Positions 14,270-27,595 of a DNA stretch of 64,000 nucleotides are shown here, in pieces; the first letter of the stretch is position 1; each line of letters starts with the position of its first letter. This DNA is from Pristiophorus japonicus. Its lineage: Eukaryota. The position numbers and the translations under genes were made by a program. The notes under the pieces are model-generated. The model was not told where the DNA came from. It did no database searches and saw nothing but the letters and a program-made list of their open reading frames with translations. The stretch is taken from NCBI RefSeq assembly GCF_044704955.1, contig NC_091989.1, positions 104,346,001-104,410,000 of the forward strand, in the 5' to 3' direction.

Positions 14270-14670
14270 GTACGGTAGTGTAGTGCTTATGTTACTGAAC
14301 AATAATCCAAAGCTCTAGATTTATAACCCACAGAATGTCGGGAAGGGGGAGACGGGGGCAGGGGGCGACCATGGCATTTTGAGAATTTGGATTCAGTTTT
14401 TAAAATTTGGAAATAGAAAGCTGGTGTCAGGAAAAGACAAGTGATCAGGAAGCTGTCATAAAATGCTACCTAATTCACTAATGTCTTTAGAGACAGAAAT
14501 TTTCCGTCTTTGCCCGGTCTTCACATCAGTTCCACACCAATATAGTTAACATCTAACTGCCCTCTGAAGTAGTCTCGTCGTTCAGTTGTCTAGAAATAAT
14601 GGCATCTAAAGATGGGCAATAAATGCTGCCCTTGTCCGCGACATCTACGTCCTGAGAATGAATGAAACAA
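14270..14670 (+). mobile_element. tRNA-derived SINE nested in an old antisense CR1 remnant (~14000-15170)
   Basis: tRNA-like head (ggtagtgtagtgcttatgttactg) and gaatgaatgaa tail; flanks resemble decayed CR1 3' sequence. Confidence 0.5.
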
Positions 14671-15279
14671 AACTGTGGATTAACTTTTTCTATAAGCTTA
14701 GCTTTCTTATTTGATTCCAAAAGATTATAGCTCAAACGCCTCCTTTCCAGTCTCAAAGTTTATTCAGACTTTCCTCATAACTCAGTCCCCTGACACTGGG
14801 AGACCAGACTGGTGGCTCTTCTCTGCACTGGAGCTAGCGCTTGATCAGTAGTGACCAAAAATTGGTCGCAATGTTCATTGGTCTGTGTGATTAGAGCACT
14901 ATAGAGTTTGATCGTTCCCTCCTGTGACTTTCATTCTACTGCTTTGCCTATGTTGTTCATCAGGCTCTTGGCTTTATCTATTGATGTTCGGCATTGGATA
15001 GGTATGGTTAGCGTCCAATATACTACACTCCTAGATCTCTTTCAGTTACATCTTTAGCCATCTTATTACATGGAATACATGTGCAGTTTAATTTTTCTTC
15101 CTATCTGTAGCGCTCTACTCTTCTTTAAATTGAATTTCAACTGCCATTGCTCTGGCAACTTATATACCTGAAGTCATGTTAAGCTTTACATTGTCTCTAA
15201 AATAGTTTTGAAAGTGCAAACATGGAAACGGAATAAACATTTTAACAATTGAAAGTACTTAAATTCCATTCATTTCCAG

Positions 15280-15323
15280 GTAAACAAGAAAGTATAACAA
15301 TACTAGGCACTCGTGAAGAGCTG
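15280..15323 (+). CDS. Gene 1 exon 5: short cytoplasmic exon GKQESITILGTREEL
   Basis: Acceptor tttccag|, 44 nt, converts phase 1 to phase 0 as exon 6 requires; donor gtaggt. Confidence 0.7.
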
Positions 15324-15844
15324 GTAGGTTCATATCATTTATCCAGGATTAGGGTTCCAATATAAATAAATCTTGTTATGGTGGGGATATTTTATCAAAA
15401 CCTATTTCGCAAAAGTATTTGCCCCACTTTGATGTATCAGTCAAATCGTGTTTTCACACTTGTTGCGAAGCAGGTGTAAGCTATTAAAGAAAGAGAAATA
15501 ATGACATCGGTAGCTTCACTCAACATATAACTAGGTAATAATTATGTGTGCATCCATCTAACCGTTGCTTTTGCAATTTGATATTATATGTCTAAGATGC
15601 TGAAACTACCTATTGTTTCAACATATCTCTAACACTATAATGAAAATCGGCAGGTTGAAATGTAAATTACAATGGACACACTATTTACCGGCCTTAACAT
15701 TCGCAGAACTTTAAATATATTAGCTGTGGTTTCTGCATTTTATTTGCAGCCCAGGTCATTCTGTTTCTTGTTTGATCAGTAGTGTAAATTGGTGAAGGCA
15801 ATGAACAAGCCACATAAAAAACATTTTCTTTCGGGCCCTTGCAG

Positions 15845-15946
15845 GGAGTCAAGGACGACATCGTTGCTTATTCTGCAGTAAATTTGAGCAAAGCCAAGAA
15901 AACGCCAAGACGTAATCATGAAGAGGAGAGGACAACGTACGCTCAG
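15845..15946 (+). CDS. Gene 1 exon 6: cytoplasmic, ITIM VAYSAV and start of ITSM TTYAQ
   Basis: Acceptor ttgcag|, 102 nt, phase 0-0; GVKDDIVAYSAVNLSKAKKTPRRNHEEERTTYAQ. Confidence 0.85.
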
Positions 15947-16136
15947 GTGGGACTGAGAAGTAGATAAGAGAAGAACGCGTGGAGCGCCAACATTAATGTA
16001 AGAGCGGAATATTTGGGGTTGTTCTGACTTTGACCGTGCGTTGTATATAAAACTTTGTGTGTGTTATTCTGACGGCTGCCTTGAACAAACTGATAAAACG
16101 ACCAATCAACAATATTTCCAAACATTGGCATTTCAG

Positions 16137-16304
16137 ATAAAACAAGGGTCAGCCCGGGACAAGATGACCTACGCGACTCTAGAATTGTCTGGCCCCAAGA
16201 AAGCGGGAAAATCTAAAAATAATAAAAGCACAGAATATGCCGAGATACAGACGAAAACCCCAAGTGTAACAGAGGCCGTCTATACTGATACAAGAATGAA
16301 GTAG
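16137..16304 (+). CDS. Gene 1 exon 7: terminal exon with MTYATL and TEYAEI motifs, stop TAG
   Basis: Acceptor tttcag|; IKQGSARDKMTYATLELSGPKKAGKSKNNKSTEYAEIQTKTPSVTEAVYTDTRMK*; joined CDS is 1122 nt (373 aa) with no internal stop. Confidence 0.88.
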   Translation: MKQGSARDKMTYATLELSGPKKAGKSKNNKSTEYAEIQTKTPSVTEAVYTDTRMK

Positions 16305-16390
16305 AGTAATAATCTTGAGCAAATTAATCAGTTTATTGTTGTATATTGATTTATTCCGAAGCCATATCAACTCCACTGATTTCAATGGAA

Positions 16391-16396
16391 AATAAA
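16391..16396 (+). terminator. Candidate polyadenylation signal of gene 1 (alternative at 16603-16608)
   Basis: AATAAA about 90 nt after the stop codon. Confidence 0.45.
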
Positions 16397-17003
16397 ATCT
16401 GGCGGTTTCTATAAAGGGCCGAAGATCCGATGGGTTAGTTTAACGTCCAAGCAGTGAAAGTGTTAATTATCTCCATGTGCAGGTATATCCGTGTTATCCA
16501 ATTATCAAGATGTAACAGATTCTAGTATCATAGTATATAATACAGCTATGATAATTCTTTAATTATTTGGGGATTATTGGTCGGAAATATATAGATGCTT
16601 GTAATAAAACAATTTTCAAGTTAAATCTGCGTTATTTATTATATGACGATTCTATACTATTTCAATTAGAATGATAGGCTAACTGACATGCTGCAACTAT
16701 TTATCATCATATATATAAATGGATGTCTTACATCTCCCGGTTAAAATTTAACGATAGCACATAAGATACATATGTATGGGAACAAAACGGCAAAAACTTG
16801 AGTGCTGACTTCACGAGTTGTGTCACTTTAAACAGCTTCTATTCCAGGTAATGCTCACGGAGTGGAGGACAGAAAGTTTCAATCCATGAATTCGTCCATA
16901 AACTCTCTGAAATTAATTTACGATTGGCGGTACATGAGACACACTTGCTGAACTCTGTGATGGTTGCCAATTTCTTTCGTTGTAGAAAAGATTGAATAAA
17001 CCA

Positions 17004-17432
17004 TTAGAAACATAGAAACATAGAAACATTGAAAATAGGTGCAGGTGTAGGCCATTCGGCCCTTCGAGCCTGCACCACCATTCAATAAGATCATGGCTGA
17101 TCATTCCCTCAGTACTCCTTTCCTGCTTTCTCTCCATACCCCTTGATCCCCTTAGCCGTAAGGGCCATATCTAACTCCCTCTTGAATACATCCGATGAAC
17201 TGGCATCAACAACTCTCTGCGGCAGGGAATTCCACAGGTTAACAACTCTCTGAGTGAAGAAGTTTCTCCTCAACTCAGCCCTGAATTACCTACTCCTTCT
17301 CCTAAGACTGTGTCCCCTGGTTCTGGACTTCCCCAACATCGGGAACATTCTACCCGCATCTAACCTGTCCGGTCCCGTCAGAATCTTATATATTTCTATG
17401 GGATCCCCTCTCATCCTTCTAAACTCCAATGT
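17004..17432 (-). mobile_element. 5'-truncated CR1 3' end
   Basis: (catagaaa)n tail and conserved CR1 3'UTR. Confidence 0.85.
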
Positions 17433-18759
17433 AAGGTAGGTATTTTATCTAGGTATTTTTCAAAATCCCCAACCTCGCCAATGTAGATGTAAGCAGGCTG
17501 TTTGATTTAAAACCTTAACATGCAATAGAGGTTCGATTCTAACAAGCCTAAATGAAAGGCATTGAACTTCAAATACACACTCATTTTAGAGTGGTTCCCG
17601 TGTCAGGAAAGAGACAACCCGTGGTTTTAAATGTTAAATTGAGATCTATTTGGGAAGTAGATCAATTAATTTACAGGGTTAGAAAATTGTGCAACTGACA
17701 CCAGAAGAACGCTAGCCCAGCAGTTCCAATGACCAAGTGTTTGATTCCGAATCTAAAGACCATCCAAGACGAAGTGAATTAGTTACCCCTTGCTTCCTGC
17801 AACTGTCATGGTTGGTTGACTGTGTGCATTATCAAGCAGGAGGATAGGCACAGTACCAAGTGTTTTAGAATGTTAGAGATTAGAAACCGGCCAATCGACG
17901 CACAGAGACTGAAACATTGTTTTTCTCCACATGACATATGTAGCTAATTCTATATTCTTCTTCGCTCTTCGCAATCTTAACTATTCCACTTTTTCCTGCA
18001 ATTCCTTCCCAATTAAAAATATGATCGGCTTGCACAACGGAATGCGGCAGACTACTCCAAATTCGCACACTCTAACTATGGTCTCTGTAAAAAGCATCCC
18101 CATTTTGCGATTATATAAAATGTACGGCTTCTTGTTACCGTCCACCGGCGAGTGGTAATAATTCAACAATCCTTCACAAACTTGAAAACCACTACATGCG
18201 CGTCGTTAATCTTCTCAGCTGCGTTGATGAAAGCCCTAGCTCTCGTGTCTCTCCATAACGTTAACCCCATATTCCTGGTAACACTGTAGCTAACCTATGC
18301 AGCACGCTTTCCATGTTTTTTTTTATCCTTCTTGTGATGGGATGATCATATCAAATCATGCCAATTACAGTCTAACTAAACTCAAATACAACATTACCTC
18401 TATGTTTTTCCATTTTATTCTCCTGGACAGAAACTCAAAGGACTCTTTTCGGCCATTTATGGTATCGCCATTAATGATTTGTGTGTCTGCACACCAAGTT
18501 GAAGGAGTGTTTTGTTTCTCCGCTTTTATCTCCAAAAATATATTGCCAAAGTGTATCTGACTTTTACATCTGTTATTTAACTGCCCATCCAGCGATGCCT
18601 ATCAGTGTTCCGCTGTAGGATTTCACAAGCTTCATCCAAATCTACTTACTTCTTTTCCCATTAGATGTCATCTTCAAATTTCTGTGTTAATCCCTCAATT
18701 CCTGCGGACCGAGAATTTATGCGTGTAGTAAATAAAAACAGCACCAACTCAGGCAGCTG

Positions 18760-19860
18760 TGAAAAAGCATTCGATAAGGTGCCACATAAGAGGATAGTTC
18801 ACAATGTTAGAGCTCAGGCGATTGGGGGTAATATGGTAACATGGATTAAGGAATGGTTAGTGGACAGAAAACAGTGAGTATTAATAAATAGATCATTTTC
18901 GGGAGTGCAGGCTGTAACTTTGTTAGGGCTTGGGCCTGAAATATTTACAATCTATATCAACGACTGAGGGAGGGTTATGCATCCAAGTTTTCTGACGACA
19001 CACAGTCAGGTAGGAAAGTATACTGTGAGTAGGATGCTAAGAGGCTGCAAATGTATATAGACAGGTTATTCGAGCACATGGCAGATGAACTATAATGTGG
19101 GGACGTGTGAAGTTATCAATTTTTGTAGGAAAAATCGAAAAGCAGAATATTGTTTAAATATTGAGAGACTAGGAATTGTTGGTGTTCAGAAAGACCTGGG
19201 TGACCTTGTACACGAATCACAGAAAGTTAACATGTAGGTGCAGCAAGCAATTAGGAAGGCAAGTGGTATGTTATCCTTGATTACAAAGGGATTGGTGTGT
19301 AAGAGTAAATACACCTACTACAATTAAATAGGGCCTTGGTGAAATCACACCTATGATATCCGTACCTAAGGTAGGTTATGCCTGCCTTAAAGGGAGTGCA
19401 ACTCAGTATCACTGGATTGATTCCTGGGATGAGGAGACGTTCATATGGGGAAAGATTGAGTAGTCTAGGCATTTGTTCCCTAGAATTATGAAGAATCATA
19501 GGTGATCTCATTGAAACATACAAAATTATTAAAGGGCTTGATAGGGTAGATGCTCGGAAAATGTTTCCCCTGGCAAGGGAATCTGTAACTAGGGGTCATA
19601 GTCTCAGAATAAGGTGTTGGCCATTTAGGGCTAACATCAGGAAAAGTTTCTTCCTCAAAGGTTTGTAAATCTTTGGAATTCCCTTCCCCAGAATGCTGTG
19701 AAAGCTCAGTCGCTTAGTACATTCAAGAAAGAGATCGTTAGATTTCTGGATACTAAGGGAGCAAAGGATATGGGGATAATGCAGCAAAGTTGAGTTCAGG
19801 TAGATGGTCTTATTGAATAGCAGAACAGGTTCGAAAGGCCGAATGTCCTACTCCTGATCC
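18760..19860 (+). mobile_element. Old degenerate CR1 RT and 3'UTR
   Basis: [10 protein letters not shown] and SKFSDDT remnants with many stops. Confidence 0.8.
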
Positions 19861-20627
19861 AGAAAAATATCGTAAATCTAGGGAGTTCTGGAAAATCAAA
19901 ACCAATGCATTTTCTGTCCCTATAGCCATTCCTTTTAAAACCCTGAGATTTTTACTACATTAACAGGTGTTGCTAAATACTGATACCATCGCGTGCGTTT
20001 CTAAAGCTAAATAAAGAACATGGCTCTGTAGCTCATCTCCGCTGCTGCAGTTCAAGTTTTAAATTTAGCTGTTAATAAGCAACACTCTGAAGACCTCCCG
20101 CGTGTTGCATAGCAACAGTTATTACGCATCATAGTTCATTTCAGGAACAACCAATGCTCACATTAAACGAAGATTCTGTTTCATATTTCCCCTGTAACCT
20201 TTTCTAAACCCACTTTCAACTGGAATCTGGAATCGCGTCACCTTAAGGCGTTTAAGTGTAGAAGTGTATCCCTAAATAGATTTTCGAGCATTTCGTTTAT
20301 TCATCTACACACGAGTTTCAGTACAGTAATATTATCCATACCCCTGACATTTAACACAAATGAACGTATTGCATACTGTAATATTGATCGCATGGGCTTC
20401 CAATATGTAAGTTGTGGACAACTGTCTAAAATGTCACAAGTATTTGGTTAAAATTATGCATATTTTATTCAATCGTCTTTTAATTGTGACAATTTTAAGA
20501 GGAGTACTGCTAATTTAAATTTTCCATTGCTATACACGTTATTGCTGCATGTTGTCCGCGCCCAAGCACTGTATTTCGTAAAGAATTTCTACTGGGACAT
20601 CTTGCCATTCAACTTCATCCGCACCTT

Positions 20628-21826
20628 GGGCTCAATTATCCCAGGCCATTTGTGCCGTTATTTTGGCATCCGCCGTTTTTTCTGGCATAAATATTTAATT
20701 CAAAGTTTCCCCCTGGTTTTTTTGACATCATATCTGTACCAGTTTTCATCATTTTTCGCAGTTTGCCCAAAAAACATGTAATCCTAGGTACGCTTATCAG
20801 GCCGTTCCGAAAAACCTTCTGGTGAGTTAACAGAAAGCAGCACACATTGAGAAATCGGTGCTGATAGACGCCATAGTTTTTCATTTAAGTTTTTGGCGGG
20901 AGTCAAGAACGCTTTAAATTTCCATAATAAAGTTGAATTTTATTACCTTTCAACGGAATACATGGAAGTTTCTTGGATTTCTGAGGTTTTCTTGTTTTTT
21001 TTACTCACATGTTACCACCGAACATCTTCAAGCAGGGCTGGAGAGTCATAGCGTTAGCCATCAGAATTGGCCACACGCCCAGACAAAGGGGCTTGGGGTT
21101 CGGCTGGAAAATAAGCCTAGGGGGGCGGGGAGAGGTGGCGATTGGAAGGCTTCTGCACTGAGCCTGGGGAGGGAGATGCCGATCAGAAGGCTGCACCAGG
21201 CACAAGACTGCAATGAGTTTGGGGCAGGTGGGGAGAAGGGGGGAATTCACAAGGTTGCAATGAGTTTGGGGGAGAAGGGGAGAAGTCGCAAGACTGCAAT
21301 GAATTTGGGGGGAGGGGGAGAAGGGCAGAAGTCACAAGACTGCAATGCATTGGGGGTCAGGGGTGGAAAGGAGAAGGCACAAGACCTGGGTGTGGTCCCT
21401 CCATATAGGCCTTGGGGAAAGAGAACAAAGAATCTGTCCTGTCTGCCTTCTAGCCGTTTTGAGCTTCATGCAAAGCTAAAATGCTCTCACAGCAGTGACC
21501 GCTGTCACACACACAAGTGTCTCTTTAAAAATTCCCTATTGCCAAACTGGAGCTGTACTGTGCATGCACGTCCATTGAAATAATGTCCAAAATGTCACTT
21601 TTTTTCCGTGCATGTGCAGAAGATACGACATTGTTTTTTCAGCGCAGACAGCAGGCTCCAACCGCCCCCCACCCCCCGCAAGGCGACTGGACAAGCTGTG
21701 CAGCACCAAATTTGAATAATACTTCGGGGAAACTTTGGCAAAATATTTCTGGTGCATTTCTGGCTTAGAAAAATGTTCATAACTCTGGCAATACGCCAGA
21801 ACACGGGCTTGGGCAAAATTGAGCCC
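20628..21826. mobile_element. Non-autonomous TIR element (MITE, Harbinger-like ends)
   Basis: Terminal inverted repeats GGGCTCAATT(A/T)T...AAAATTGAGCCC; internal ~40 bp tandem repeats (caagactgcaatgagtttgggg). Confidence 0.65.
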
Positions 21827-22250
21827 CATGAGCTGGACACAGGGTAGAGGATAATTATGATGTCACAGTAGAGGAACGTTCATGTAGAATTCGTGCTTCC
21901 AGGCTGCCTTCAAGCAGCAGTTTAACAGTATACAGTGTCTGAAGAGAGCAGTCAGTCTATAGGTAATCTATTTATAACACTGAAGGCATAATGGATAGCG
22001 AAGAAGAATGCACTTTCTGTTTAAAACAGGCTGTCTTTGAATATTTTCAAGATGATTGAAATGTTAAAGAACACAAATAGAAATAAGTACACAGACCAAC
22101 ACGCTCGCGTGAGTACGTAAGCGTCCACGGGCACACACACACGCTAAATTTATCGTCTCGATGCATACCCAATAGAAAAAGTAAACAGCCCAGAGTATTA
22201 CATAGGAATATAATAAAATTGAAAGTGAATATATCAATAATAAAGGTAAT

Positions 22251-23358
22251 AAGAACATAAGAACATAAGAAATAGGAACAGGAGTAGGCCATATGGCCCC
22301 TCAAGCCTGCTCCACCATTCAATAAGATCACAGCTGATTTAATCATGGAGTTAGTTCCACTTCCCCACCCATTCCCCAATACCCCTTGTTGTTTAAGAAA
22401 CTGTCTATTTCTGTCTTAAATTTATTCAATGACTCAGCTTCCATAGCTCTCTGTGGCAGCGAATTCCACAGATTTACAACCCTCTGAGAGAAGAAATTTA
22501 TTCTCATGTCAGTTTTAAATGGGCAGCGCATTATTCAGGTCAAGCCCTCTAGTTCTAGTCTGCCCCATCAGTGGAAACATCCTCTCTGCATCCGCCCTGT
22601 CAAGCCCCCTCATAATCTTATACATTTCGATAAGATCACCTCTCATTCTTCTGAATTCCAATGAGTAGAGGCCCAAGCTACTCAACCTTTCCTCGTAAGT
22701 CAACCCCCTCATCCCCAGAATCAACCAAGTGAACCTTCTCTGAACTGCCTCCAAAGCAAGTATATCCTTTCTTAAATATGGAAACCAAACTGCATGCAGT
22801 ATTCCAGGTGTGGGCCTCACCAATAACTTATACAGCTGTAGCAATACTTCCCTGCCTTTATATCCATCCCCTTTGCAATAAAGGCAAAGATACCATTGGC
22901 CTTCCTGATCACTTGCTCTACCTGCATACTATGCTTTTGTGTTTCATGCACAAGTACTCCCAGGTCCCGCTGTACTGCAGCACTTTGCAATCTTTCTCCA
23001 TTTAAGTAATAACTTGCTCTTCAATTTTTTCTGCTAAAGTGCATAACCTCACACTTTCCAACATTATACTCCATCTGCCAAATTTTTGCCCACTCACTTA
23101 GCCTGTCTATGTACTTTTGCAGATGTTTTGTGTCCTCCTCACACAATGCTTTTCCTCCCATCTTTGTATCTCAGCAAACTTGGCTACATTGCACCCAGCC
23201 CCTTCTTCCAATTCGTTAATATAGATTGTAAATAGTTGGCGTCCCAGCACTGATTCCTGTGGCACCCCAATAGTTACTGGTTGCCAACCAGCGAATTATC
23301 CCTACTCTCTGTTTTCTGTTCGTTAGCCAATCCTCTATCCATGCTAATATATTACCCC
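22251..23358 (-). mobile_element. CR1 RT 3' fragment
   Basis: (aagaacat)n tail; ORFs 22343-22531 and 22515-22844 are CR1 RT C-terminus. Confidence 0.88.
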
Positions 23359-25229
23359 CTTGACAGACTCAATAGGGGTAAAACTAATGTTTTTTTTCAC
23401 TATCTCTATCTTAACCACCACCAACTCGTTGTAATTTCTCACCAATCCCAAGCAGAAATGTATTTATTTCACCATTCTGTAGTCATGGCGCTAGGTGCAT
23501 TTTACACCGTCATTGCAAATCTGAGTGAGAGCAAGCTGGGCTTTCAGTTACATGCAGTACATGATGCCTAGAGCTGAGAATCAGGACAGACTCTGGTTCC
23601 ACACAAGCAAACGGCTATTCCACTGATAGCGTTATCCCAACTGATCGACGTGAACTAAATGGTAGCGACTGCATTAAATGTTTTAGTGTATATATATAAC
23701 ACATAATTTACACACTGTGCAATTAGAAAGCAATAAGAGTACAGTGATACTGAGAGTGCATGCTGCCCAGCCGTATGAATATTACACATGCAGTCGAGAT
23801 CCATTTGCATTCAATGAGAAACAAAAGGGCAGATACACAAATTCAGCCAGTACAAATTATAAACATAATCAACCCCACGAAAGATCCGTTGGGAAATGTA
23901 TTTTCTATTGTACTTTCATTCCTCAGTTTAGTCACACTCCACGCAGTGTCGAACTCAAGTCTTGTGAGACTAATTCCGCCAGGTCGGTCAATAATTTGGA
24001 TTCAAGCTGCAAAGTTAGCCTGGCTGCCAAGCAGAAACGGTTTGATCGGGATGCTAAAGATAGTAATAATAGTTTATTGCCCATAACTTATAAACCATGC
24101 TAGAGCTGAATGACCAGTTTGAAAATGCCAAAAGAAACTAATATGTCTTTTCCAAGATTCAGTGATTGCCTTATAAAATTGGCTAATATTTTAATAAGGA
24201 ATTCCACTATAAGACGGAGGAACCGCTCTCTGGGGAGGGGCTGTTAGGATATTTTGTTCATTAATAAAGTATTTTTGGTTGGAATGCATCCCCTTTTTTG
24301 TACAAAAGTCTTCTGGGTGACGCTGTCCATGGCTGTCTATACGTAATTCGGGCCGCACTGCTCCTTATAATTCAGGTTAGTAAGACACAATTTGCTTCAT
24401 AGGATCAAAGTTTCTTGAACAAACAACTGAACGCTTCTTGCAGTATCTGGCTAAATAAAAGTCAAACGTTTCTTAAACAGCCTGCCACCCTATTGGACAG
24501 GGCGACACAGAGATGCTTGTCGCAGCGGGAATTTTTCCCCGTCTGTCAACTAATGCAGCAAAGTGAAGCTGCGCGTATATTTAGCTTGTAGCCACAGACA
24601 GTTAGATACGTGCAGCTTTACATGTTCATTCACCTGCAGTCCAGCAAACCTGCAGCGACTACAACTTTTGCAAAGAGAAGTCAAATTAAACCTTATTTCA
24701 CAAATATCTACGAACACGCACTTTTGGTAAAAATACACCCTTAAAATAATCTGAGGAGGTCCTTTCTCTGTGACCTTTAGACTGTTTTACCTTTGAATTG
24801 TTACCGCCAAGTAAGAAGTCCTGCACCTGTTGATATTATGATCAGATTGGGGTTTTTTTTAGCTTTAGAGAAATGCAGGTATTTCAAATAATATCTGCAA
24901 CTCGTTGGTGCTGGGTGGGCAAATGATTCCTGAGGTGCAGTATTCAGTCAAGCAGGAATGTCACTTTTTCTAAGCCCTGTTGCCTGTTGAAATAGAGTTT
25001 GGGGTTCTACAGCCGATCTCAGCTGCAGTGACCTCTGCTTCAATTTGGAGATGTGATCGTTCCTACAATCTGATTATCCACGAATGGACCAGAGAGAGAA
25101 AAATGTAATCTGTGCAGCTAAAACTAGTGCTTTTAATGACCATCAATGTTATCCCTGAGATTAAATAAATCACTGGGAAGTTATTCTGTCTGCTATGAAA
25201 GCAGTGGTGTTGATAAATAGCGATTCAAG

Positions 25230-25462
25230 AAAGGAGGGAGAGAGATAACAGGTAACTACAGACCCGTTAGCCTGACATCATTTGTAGGGAAAATGTTGGA
25301 ATCCATTATTAAGGAAGTGGTCACAGGACATTTAGAAAATCATAATACGATTAGGCAGTCAGCATGGTGTTATAAACGGGAAATCGTGTTTGACAAATGT
25401 ATTAGAGGTTTTTCAGGATGTAACTAGCAGTGTCGATAAAGGGGAATCAGTGGATGTAGTGC
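25230..25462 (+). mobile_element. CR1 RT internal fragment
   Basis: Encodes GNYRPVSLTSFVGKMLESII...QHG...DKGESVDVV. Confidence 0.75.
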
Positions 25463-25472
25463 AGGGGAAGAG

Positions 25473-26658
25473 CTTCTCTTTGTCAACCTTCTTGAACATT
25501 CGAATGGTTTAGTGGTTGCAAGAGCGCTCTACCACAGTGTCCCCACCGCAATCAGCTCTCACCTGGACCTGACTGTTACCTGACAAGGACCAAGTAATTT
25601 AAGATACGGTTTGGTAGACAATAAGTAGAACTATTGTTCTAAGATCGGTTGCTGCATTGTAAATGCACTCTATCAAACATTTCAATTAAGTAAAATAAAT
25701 GTTATATTTAATTGTTATTTATTTCTTCAGTTGTTGAGCAAAGGTAAAGTTAGGGTGCAGAAACATCTAAACCTTTTGAACATTTATCGTTATCTGAAAG
25801 ACCACTTGGTCCATTCTAGCTCAGGCATCGAGAAACCTACACTCCCCTATAACAGCATTTAATTGCCTCTTAAATGATTTCAGAGACACCCCCGCCTCCC
25901 CCCCCCCCCCCCACCACCACCTTTCTCCCCATGAGTACCCCAAGTCCACTTCCATTATCGATCAGTCTCTGTTTAAGGAAAAGCTTTTCCAATTCTGTTC
26001 TCGGAATGGGTGTATTAATTACCTATTTTTAATTGCACTATACAAAGTAGCGGTGGGCTTTTTCTTGAACTGCTACAGTCTTTATGTGGATGGTTTGGTA
26101 GAGAATTCTAGCATATTGATGCAAAGTTGATAAAGGAATGCGATATATATCCAAGTCAGGGTAGTTTGTGACTTGGAGAAGAGCTTGGAGATAATTATGT
26201 TCCCAAGACGTTGCTGCTCTCATCCTGCTCGTTGGTAGAGGTCTAAGAGCTGGGATGTGTTGCCCAGGAAGAACTTCCTTATATCAGTCCGAAATTGGCT
26301 TGCATCCCGGTAGCCAGATAATAGATTTAGTTTACACAGCGTTTGGTAACGATCGTCAGCAGCCGGACTTTTAAACAGTCTGCCTGAAATTTCACTCAGC
26401 ATTGTATTTTCGTGTATTTGAAATAAACATTTGAAGCTGAGAACTGTAAGATATATGAGCTCTGCATGGATAGAATTGTTTTAATCAATGCAATAGTTCT
26501 ACTTATTGTCTGCCAGACCGTATTATATATTGCTTGGTCCTCGTCAGGTAACAGTCAGATCCAGGTGAGAGCTGGGTGCAGTGGGGATACGGTGTTGGGT
26601 AGAGCGCTCTTGCACCCACTAAAACATTCAAATGTTCAAGAAGCTTGACAAAGAGAAG
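25473..26658. repeat. Foldback element with ~165 bp inverted arms
   Basis: 25473-25636 is a diverged reverse complement of 26491-26658. Confidence 0.8.
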
Positions 26659-26704
26659 TCTACAACAGGACGGATCTTGCAACGGGACTGTGATAATGCT
26701 ATCT

Positions 26705-27595
26705 TATAGAATCACAGAATGGTTACAGGAAGGCGGAGGCCATTCGGCCCGTCGAGCCCGTGCCGGCTCTCTGCAAGAGCACTTCAGCTAGTCCCACTCC
26801 CCTGCTCTTTTTCCATAGCCCTGCATCTTATTTCCTTCGGGTACTCATCCAATTTCCAATTCAAAGCCACAGCTGAATTAGTCTCAACCATCCTTTCAGG
26901 CAGTGAATTACAGATCCTAACCATTCGCGGTGTAAAAAAAATTTCCTCATGTGCCTTTGGTTCTTTTTCCAATCACCTTAAATCTGTATCCTCTCGTTTT
27001 TCACCCTTCTGTAATTGGGCACAGTTTCTCTCTATCCACTTTGTCTATTTTGATGATTTTCATGATTTTGAACACCTCTATCAAATTTCCTCCCAAACTT
27101 CTCGGCTCTAAGGAGAACAGCCCCAGCTTCTCCAGTCTATCCACAAACGCCCAGTTTTTCTGCTTCATCAAAGTATCTATCTCATTCATGATCGAGGGAG
27201 CTTTGGCTTTGGTTGCCCTACCTTTCTTCCTCATGTGACTGTACCGAAATCATCTATTTAAAGGCAGCCCGCTGCTCAATTACAGTTTTGCCTGCCAATG
27301 TTTGATTCCAATTTACCGGGCCCAGATCCATTCTCAATCCACTGAAATTGGCTTTCTTCCAGTTAAGTATTTTTACTCTGGATTGCTACCTGTGATTTTC
27401 CATTGCTAGTCTAAGCCTTATGGTCCTGTGATCATGGTTCCCTAAATGCTCCCCTACTGACACTTGCTCTACTTGAGCCACCTTATTCCCCAAAACCACA
27501 TCCAGCAATGCCTCTTTCCTCATTTGCTCAGAAGCGTACTGATCAAGAAAGTTCTCATGAACACACCAGAAATTCATGCCCCTCTCTGCCCTTTA
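26705..27595 (-). mobile_element. Degenerate CR1 fragments (3' end plus endonuclease pieces)
   Basis: DRLEKLGLFSLE, FFTPRMVRICNSLPE, EHLGNHDH remnants. Confidence 0.7.

Noticed and set aside
20933-21583. 216-aa ORF
   Set aside because: Lies within the tandem-repeat core of a non-autonomous TIR element; no transposase motifs
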